NCBI GenBank assembly: GCA_037379345.1
Contig: CM074512.1
Span: forward strand, 47,389,597-47,453,596
Length of the DNA stretch: 64,000 nt
Reading direction: 5' to 3'
Source of the DNA: Perna viridis
Lineage: Eukaryota
The notes under the pieces are model-generated. The model did not search any database, was not told the origin of the DNA, and saw only the letters and a list, made by a program, of their open reading frames with translations. The translations under genes and the position numbers were made by a program. Positions 55,511 through 64,000 of this stretch are shown here, piece after piece (the stretch's first letter is position 1; each line of letters starts with the position of its first letter).

Positions 55511-56789
55511 TCTAGTATGAATGTCATTCAATTGTGGTGCAAGTCACAATAGTTGGGCTTTTTGAATACAACCGTTTTTCAATGATTTGATATATAGTTG
55601 TAAGTAGGGGCATATTTTGCTACCATAACAATAATCGTCTAACCAGGCAAAACATTCAGCCTTGTGTTCACATCATAAATAATAAGGACTTAACCTATAA
55701 GCTGCTATTAAAAAAAAACTAGTTTCATAAATACTAAGAAATATAAAGTTACAGTTAAGTAGGAACTTACTCCCAAGTATCATAGTACTTATTTTTGTTT
55801 GTGCAGGACCAAAAATGTACAAAAGTGTCGGAGATAAAGAGAATTGTTCACAAAAATCAATTTAAATATAATATGCATATGAGCATGAACCACGAATTTC
55901 TGTCATGAAAACTCACTCTTTTTCAAATTACTGTCTTTCATGTAAGCGGCTCATGTCATGTTAAATGGTTAATACAAAACGGTATTACAAATGATAATAG
56001 GATAATTAATTGGAAGGAGTGAATAATCAAAATATTATCACGAGTGCCGAAGAACACATAGATTTAACGAGCGGAACTTGCGTTCTTGGCACTCATGATC
56101 ATATTTTGGTTATTTACGATAACCAATTGATTATCATATTTATTATATAGATTTCCTCGATTAATCGTTGCTATTTTCATTATAAATTTCAAACTTTGTG
56201 AACGGCGGATTGATTTCAAAGTTTTGACGTTTTGGCGGGAGAAAGTCCGAGAGTGAAATTACCGAATTTATTTCAGTGTGAATTATCGAAATTTATTTCA
56301 CTGGGAACATTCGGAAAAACACTGCTATCTGTACAATAAGACGAGATAACTCAACCAGTACAATTAATAGATGTAGTAGTTCTTGCATAGATTTAAACAC
56401 ACGTTTATTCTATAAGGACTGTCATGTAATACTTGCGAATACAATTCCTGAATAAAACTGATCAAAATTTTGTGATAGTGGCAAATCATTTGTTCGGACT
56501 TTTCGAGATTTCTTGAACATATCTTGGTTACTTTAGTCTATGAAACAGAAACGTTACGCCCAATTACAACTAAACTGATTCCAATTTTAAAGTTTATTAA
56601 AAGCTCTAAACTACAGACAAATAAAAATTGGATATCCTTAGTGGTAGTATTCTGATTTTGGATTATGAATCATGAGTTGACAGAATTGTGGCGTAAAGTT
56701 CCCGGAGAAACAAACAAACAAACAAACAAAAAAAAAGTGAAAAAGTTGCCTATAAAAATTTTGAGCAAGAGAATATTCAAAAAAACTTT

Positions 56790-57086
56790 TATTCAACGGG
56801 TCATAGTTTTCCTTTCCTTGTTTGTCTACCACGGACTTGACTTTTAATGAGCAACTCGGCGGGTGTTTCTAGAAAAGCAGAGGACGCTTACCCTACCGGA
56901 GCACCTGGTCCATGCTCCCAGTTTTTAGTGGAGTCCGAGTTGCTCATTTGCTTTTGCTACTTTGTATGTATGATTTTAGTTACTTTATGTTCTTTGTTGT
57001 GTATGTCTGTTTTCCATGTCTGGTCTTTGTCCCTGGATTACATTCTTTTGATTACCGCTATAACCTTGGTCCCCTTGATTACTCTT
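56790..57086 (+). mobile_element. Penelope-like 3' terminal fragment
   Basis: Highly similar to 16605-16899; same terminus, followed by TTTATATATA. Confidence 0.75.
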
Positions 57087-57502
57087 TTATATATATGAAA
57101 AAAAACCAACCCCAATCAAATTTGGGGTTTTGATGATGCAGCCACAAACATAGCATATTGCCGAGTGATTTTTGTCATTAAGGTTGCTTTAAACACTTAC
57201 TTGTAATATGTAGTCATTCGTTTATAAGTTACCCATCACGAAATATCACGAAATATAAATAATACATAGGAAATCATTATACACAATTAGGATTTTTTTT
57301 TAATCCCACTACACCAATAAACCTTGTCGTGACCTTACTTATGAAGTTCATTTTCTATTTCATGAACCCAAGGATGAGATAATATCAAACGAATACTTAC
57401 GATTGTATAATTATATGATAACGAGGCATAATTTGATAATATGATGATTTAACCTCTTGCTAGTAGGTCCAGCGATCAGTTGAATTACAAAGATATCCAG
57501 AG

Positions 57503-60500
57503 ATGGGAGTTTCAACAAGAATTTTGTTTTCATTTCTTTTATTCGGAATTTTATTTGGTAAGTTCACATGTATAGTAGATACTATTATAAATGAATCGGT
57601 TTATTACATATTTATTGCGCTTCTGTAATTAAAATTAAAATTTATCCACTCAACTTCAGGGTGAAAATATAAAATATTCTAAATAAGTATCACAAATAAA
57701 AACAGTAAAGATTGGAACTCAACAAATAACTTGTTTTGCACTTGAAAGTAATCTCTTATGAATAAGCATTGTTTGTAATGTTTTGATGTATTCCGTATAA
57801 CATGACTTTTCATTCCGTATTTTCAACTTTTCTTTCATCTGTGGCAACATCCCTTCAGCACCTGCGTATGGAGTTTTCATATCACAACTCATACGTTATG
57901 TGAAAAATAATTTTAATAGCAGTGTTAAAACGTACGACATTTAATGTCAAAGTTTATCGTTGTACCAATCGTACAAAAATAGTTAAATCGAAACAAAACT
58001 ATGATATTTAAAAGAAAGAACAGGTCCTTTGAAAAAACATACCATATTCAAAGGTAAAAAGGTTTTATCGACGATCGATTTGTTTGTTTATTTGTTGGGG
58101 TTTAACGTCCGAGCAGCAATATTTCAGCTATATTCAGACGATGAACATGAAATTGATGATAAAATGAGCATGAAATGATGATGAAATGAAAAAGGGATGG
58201 GACACAAGGACAATGGGGTCAATGATTTTTTATTGCCACTGGAAATAGGGAGAGGTGGGTAGGGTCGGGCAATTTAGCCTCCTGTGGCGTAGCCCTATGG
58301 TTCCTACTCCGGGAGAATACCACAGTAGGGTTCTTTAACGTGCGAGGAATGTGGCATCTTTCCCAACACGGTGCACCACTATGGTTTGCGGTCAGGTTTT
58401 CCGTGTTATAGCCTGACAACCTCAGCATGTAACACGCCAGGGGTACCCCATTCCACCACTTTGGGCACACATCCCAGTTGCTCTGTGGGCAGAGCGCCCT
58501 AGTCCCCGGCTAGGGTTCTGAGCACTGTTTAGTCGCCTTTTAGGGCAAGCTTAGCGCTGCTGCAGGCCTATTCTTTTAACACGATCGACATTGAATATTT
58601 TTTACATCAAACTGTTGAACACCCGGTGACATGATTTATTTTACAAACAAGAGGCTCTTTTTCCGGAAATGTCGGAATGGTAATGTTAATATCTTCTATC
58701 TTCGATTCAGTTTGGTTCAAAACATACAAAAAGCGCGGGAAAAAGAATCAAATGTAGAAGTAACTTTTTATTCTTCTAGAAAATTCATTGATAATTTTTA
58801 AAAATAAAATGATTTTAACAACCCACCTGCCATTTGTTATCCAATGTAACCATAAACAGACATACATTTCTCTTGGTCTAATGAATCAAGAAATAATTGT
58901 ATGTAACCTGTTTCAGTATTTGGAATACAAGGTTTTCTGCCAAAGACGAAGACAATTTTCCTTGATGAAGACGACATAGTTGCCAAACGAACAGTTTATT
59001 TTAAACCAGGGGATGATAGCGAATACTACCATTTAGAGGATGAAGAAAAAAGTGCTGATGGTAATGCCTATTTTAAACCTTAAATAAACAATTGGTCAAT
59101 ATGTAATTGTTTTGCCAGCAACTATCAGTTTGGTATTTAATCCTGGGTTTGTAAAATGAACTTGAAAATTATATATGATGTCTTGGCAAACTTTATGAAC
59201 GAATCTGTTTTCCTTGGTTTGATATTTTTGAAAGGAATTTAAAACTATGTTGAATATTTGCATTTATTAAGTGATTATGAGTGATTCAATTTGTATGTTT
59301 ACTTGTAAATATGAAAAAAATATCTTTTTCCGGTGTACTACTTAAAGTACCCTTAGTTATCAATATATTACTCTAAACGTATAAATGTTCGCAGTGGATG
59401 GAAAACCACAAAAAGTACCTGTGAAATTGATTTTTAACAATATAACCCGCGAATATATTCATTTGGAAAAATCCGCGAAAATGAGCTAGCGCGAAAATAA
59501 ATAAGTTCAGAATTTACCTGACAATGTAACACAAAAGAGAAAATTTTCTTAAACCCACTTTACAATTCATATAGCAAGTACTTATGAATAAGTGTATTTC
59601 AGTTTTGGCACGACAAGGGGATGGAAGACAAGGTCAAGCACCGACAACTCACAATTGTGGTAGTGTCCAGCCTATATCAGATGTATGGAGATCCCCAATG
59701 CTTATACCTGGCGGGATTCCTTCCTTCTACCAGAAGTACACCGAGGCATATGGAATTCCAATTATTTGTAAATAACATTAATATGATAAAATAATGATAT
59801 AAAGAAAATATATAGTAGAAAGGTAGGGAAAAGCTTATCCAATATCTTAACAGGATCCCGATGTAAAAGAATTGTTTGTCTTCTATTTTTAATACCCCTT
59901 CCCCGAGTTAAAGCAGGTGGTTCATAATAACTAGCAATCCGGCATTCCGTCCTTTATTTTGTCCGTCTTATTTATTTGTATGCTCTATACATGAAAAAAT
60001 TGATGATTTAAAAAAAATCAAGACATGATCATCAGGTGTTGCCAATATATACCTGCTATTCTAAGCTGTCTTTCGAATGATTTAGTATAGCAAAGACTTT
60101 GCTATTTGATCAGATTGATTTACCTTTTAAAAAATTACCTTATATGATCATTAGGTAGTCTACCTTACACCTACAATCATATTTGAACGAAATTCGGTTT
60201 TCAAATGGCGTAATATTGATTTAGATTCATTGTAAAAATAAATGTTGTACAAAATAAAACTATTTTTGTATGAATTATCATTCATAATCTTTATTGTTAC
60301 ATAATTGTTAGTGTACAAAGTAATGGAAGTTATAACTAACCAATATGATTTTGTGTTATTAAACGAACTTTAAAAAAGGATACTAACAAAATTACCAAAC
60401 TGAAAGGCAAACTCTAGGCAGTAGTGAAAAGGAATATTGATCTAAGCCATGCCTGTATATGATATGACTTTGCGAGTACAATACATTTGCTACAGGTTGA

Positions 60501-60752
60501 AGTATCCCTTTATATGCCTTCAAAATAAATTCTCTTTATTTTATAGGGATCGTAAAAACTTTGCTCTTTGTTTTTTTTTTATTTGTTATGCACAACATTA
60601 TATGTTATGTAATAAAGTTGAGCGTATCTGGTGTGCTTCAGGAGCATTTAAGTGCACGTCTCTCAATAGATTTGATTGAATACCCGAAGCTATGTCGTGT
60701 GTTTAGTACTTATGCCATATATATATATACATGCCACTCTACATGCCACTAT

Positions 60753-60818
<66 letters not shown>

Positions 60819-62686
60819 ATAGTGGCATGTAGAGTAGTACATTAAAGGCTTTTCGGTTGGTTTCTGTGTATAAGTCTTAACATGCCTCGTAAAAACAGAA
60901 TAACGGAAAATCTAAATTATGTATTTTTAAACATTACATTGTTTTAAAAAGTTATTACGGTGCATACATTAGATGACTGTTTTGACAGCATTGAATATAA
61001 TTAACCTTTCTTTTGAATTATTCTTTAGCATCAAACAGAGTTTCAGACTCCGCTTTGGAGCGAGCTTGTTACGTCACGAGATTTCTTCTCGCTGACAACA
61101 GAGACATACGAAACGCTTTCTATAAACGCGCAGGAAGAGTTGCCGTGATTGGGCATGACGAGGACACACTAGATATACCAGAACACGAAGTACCTAGTTA
61201 TTGGACAATGAAGAAGTTACGTGGTCTAGGAGCCACTGTCTCACACCCTGTTTCGTCAGCAGGAGAAGAAAATCTTCTATGTTTCAAAAATAATGACAAA
61301 TATCCAAACGAAGACAGGCTCCTTCATGAATTAGCTCATGGCATACACAATCTAGGGGCAAAGTACGCATTAAACGGATGGCATCTAAGATTAGAGAAAC
61401 ATTTCAACACAATTAAAGAAAGTGACTTGTGGAAGGAAACACATGCAAGAAGTACTGTATACGAGTACTTTGTAAGTTGTTTTACTTTGAAACATGTTTA
61501 CATTGATCATTTCAAAGATTTGATATTGTGTGCATTTCAATCTCTTAAATCAACGTCTGATTTAATCATTATTTTTCAAAAGGCAAAGCTGTCAGGTAAC
61601 CATTGCTGTTTCTATGCACGCCTTATATTTTCACTTGACAAAAGAGACAAATGATCGTTAAGGTTGTAAGTACATTCTCTAATTTCATGACACTCGACAT
61701 TAATTTATTTATTATCTAAAATACTTTTAGACCTGTTAAGTACGAAACATGACCTAATGCGTATTAATGAGTGTTTACACTGACTTTTGACTGAATACGA
61801 AAAGCAACATTTTCCTCTCATATTTTAAATGTACATGTATGTCATTTTACAAGTGACCCCCGTTTTGAAATTGATTAATTGAATAGTTTTTGCCTACGCA
61901 GCAGCAATTCCCTCTTTTCGTCCCATTCATATACCACAGCCTTTATACAAATTAAGGAGGTAGGCCTAGGGTAAGGGACATAACTTATGAAATCAGTGAT
62001 ATATTTGTATCATACTCAATTTCACCAAAGGCTATCAAGCTTTCATTTGAAGGAGAATATAATGAATCCAAGTTAATTAGATGCTTACATAAGATTGTTG
62101 TAAAATGGTGAATACAAACGTTCCAATGATTTTTAAGAGTTATGTCCCTTACCCTAGGTCTACCTCCTTAATCTATAATAAGAAAAAGCTTCTTTTAAAT
62201 TTTAGGCAGAAGGTGTTCAGAGCTATTTCAATGACAATGGTTTCAGCGACCCTCCGAATGGTTTTGACGGCACTATCAACACAAACAAAAAACTGAAAAG
62301 CTACGACCCAAAACTTTTTGAACTGATTCAAGAAGTGTTCCCCTGCAACAATGATTACATTAATAGATGCAATTCAAACAGAGGTGAGAGGGATTTTTTT
62401 TCACGTTTCTACGTATGTAACAATTAAATGCTGTTCATATTATACAAGTAAGCAAATTAAAACCTCAAATTGAAGACATCGTTCCTGGGAACTTTTTGAC
62501 GGGTCGAAACCAGGTTCCGATATGATTTATTAATATTGCAATTTTGTCTTTCATACGAATTTGTTATTATCAATACTTGTTAATATGATTTTGGTTTTGT
62601 CTATGAGGGACGCAGATATAAGCACTGAACGCCTTGTTGATTAACGAAGTTAGTTCCACATTTCAAAATCTGCTTTCCATAATGAA

Positions 62687-62731
<45 letters not shown>

Positions 62732-63816
62732 ATATATATATAGACATAGCGGAAATGGGAAAAAATAATGTTTCAGGCCCCCGTCATTACGTGCCATCAC
62801 TATTTCACCGTTTCTCACTTGTGATTGGAAGAATAGATTTATTTTATATTCATTAATTTCATGAAGAAAACAAGTTGTCAAAATACTACAGTTTTATCTC
62901 TTTTAGACAACAGCATATAGAAGGGAAACGTTTAAATGGTACAACTAAAAGACGATAAGGAATAAAAACATAACAAATTGTATTCTGATACATCTTGGAA
63001 ACGTATTTTCAAAGAGATTTTCTTTAGAAGCAAAATACTTGTTTTATGTCGCATTTAGCAAAAGGCAGTGTTTTCTTAAATATAAGGTATGCACTCAAGC
63101 GCTCCAGTGTACCAGTCTACCATGTCATCAAATGATCATAAACTCACCGAAAAAGTTTGGAAATTAAAATTTGATGGAGACATTTTAGACTTTCTCTGAA
63201 AAACGACACATAGGATTTTTTTCAAGTTCCCTTTTCTAAACGCACGACATAACTGAAACATTTGTGTTAATGTTTGAAAGTTACCTATTACAAGTTGTGT
63301 CTGTAATTTAAAACAGTGTGTTCTTATTTTTCAACTTGATACATTGATTAATACTTTGTAAAATAGTGTTTCACTGAAAATATGGCTATAGAGAGATTTG
63401 ATGTTTAAGTGAAGCTGATGGCACGATAGAACGTCGTATGTTCAAAAGTCTTACATTGATATCTGTTAGATGTCAAAAGTATTGCAACCAATATTATTTT
63501 GAGTGATGTCTTAACAAAAGATTAACGCGTGGAATTTTGCTTTTCATTTTCTTGAAGTAGTAGGTCTTGGGTAAGTAAAATATGATACTACTAACTTCGC
63601 ACTTGTTTCAAGCATATTATTTTTATGTTTGTACCTTCGATATTGCTTTTTGGAACCTTTGACATTTAAATTTCGTGCTACTACAAGTTGAACAATGTAT
63701 TTAAGCGTGAAATGTCAATGTGCGATTTGTGGTGTTGTACACCCATTGATTTTTTTTGTTTACAGCTACCGAAGCTGCAGAAGGTTTAAGGATGGACTGC
63801 CCCCGTGTTTGTTACA
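57503..63816 (+). CDS. Secreted zinc metallopeptidase-like protein (HExxH...EYFAE; ATLF/MtfA-like gluzincin), 3'-incomplete; exons 57503-57557, 58917-59060, 59603-59767, 61029-61471, 62206-62383, 63766-63816
   Basis: Six GT-AG exons splice in frame: signal peptide MGVSTRILFSFLLFGILFVFGIQG, acidic pro-like segment, then FYQKYTEAYGIPIISS, RGLGAT, GEENLLC, LLHELAHGIH, LWKETHA, EYF|AEGVQSYF and LKSYDPKLFELIQEVFPC. The donor at 63817 implies more exons beyond the window. Confidence 0.85.
57820..57900 (+). mobile_element. Tiny Penelope-like RT fragment
   Basis: Translates to CGNIPSAPAYGVFISQLIRY, a typical PLE C-terminal motif. Confidence 0.6.
58080..58582 (-). mobile_element. SINE (same family as 29677-30085) with intact 3' tail
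   Basis: Reverse complement carries the AAAAGGCGACTAAA core and ends GAAATATTGCTG..GGACGTTAAACCCCAACAAATAAACAAACAAA. Confidence 0.75.
60736..60835. repeat. Perfect 100-bp palindrome centred on (TA)31
   Basis: ACTCTACATGCCACTATGG-(TA)31-CCATAGTGGCATGTAGAGT. Confidence 0.9.
61956..62167. mobile_element. MITE with TTAA target duplication (Kolobok-like)
   Basis: TTAA|GGAGGTAGGCCTAGGGTAAGGGACATAACT ... AGTTATGTCCCTTACCCTAGGTCTACCTCC|TTAA. Confidence 0.8.
62690..62740. repeat. (CA)n microsatellite
   Basis: Direct reading. Confidence 0.95.
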
Positions 63817-64000
63817 GTAAGTACTATTTCTTCAGAAGTAACTTTAAAGATATTCATTTTCCCATTTAAACATCAAAACAGTTTACTTTTATCTGTGTTA
63901 AAAAAAACATGTACATGTAATTATATATACTATAACTATAGTACTTAAATGATTTCTAGTTAAATTAAATGTAACATCTAAAAGCTTATAAGCATTATCG

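Overview
AT-rich, intron- and transposon-rich animal DNA, most likely a bivalve mollusc (inferred from Helentron-associated HINE elements, mollusc-type SINEs and Penelope-like families). Left to right: (1) the last two exons of IFT81 (+); (2) an intronless, bacterial-style NRPS-like gene (partial C-like region, adenylation, PCP, terminal reductase) on the - strand, present as two decayed copies (~9602-6400 and ~18694-17200) from a local duplication, with an A-domain code (DASTIAAV[R/C]K) pointing to Tyr/Phe; (3) two complete five-exon SLC16/MCT-family transporter genes (-); (4) RTE-X-like LINEs and Penelope-like remnants; (5) a spliced, secreted HExxH...EYFAE zinc metallopeptidase gene of anthrax-lethal-factor/MtfA-like type (+) that runs off the right edge. 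The best candidate for an undescribed system is the animal NRPS-reductase locus beside the SLC16 transporters, but both NRPS copies are pseudogenes in this assembly. Exon boundaries were read by hand from GT-AG sites and checked for frame; family assignments come from motif recognition, not database searches.
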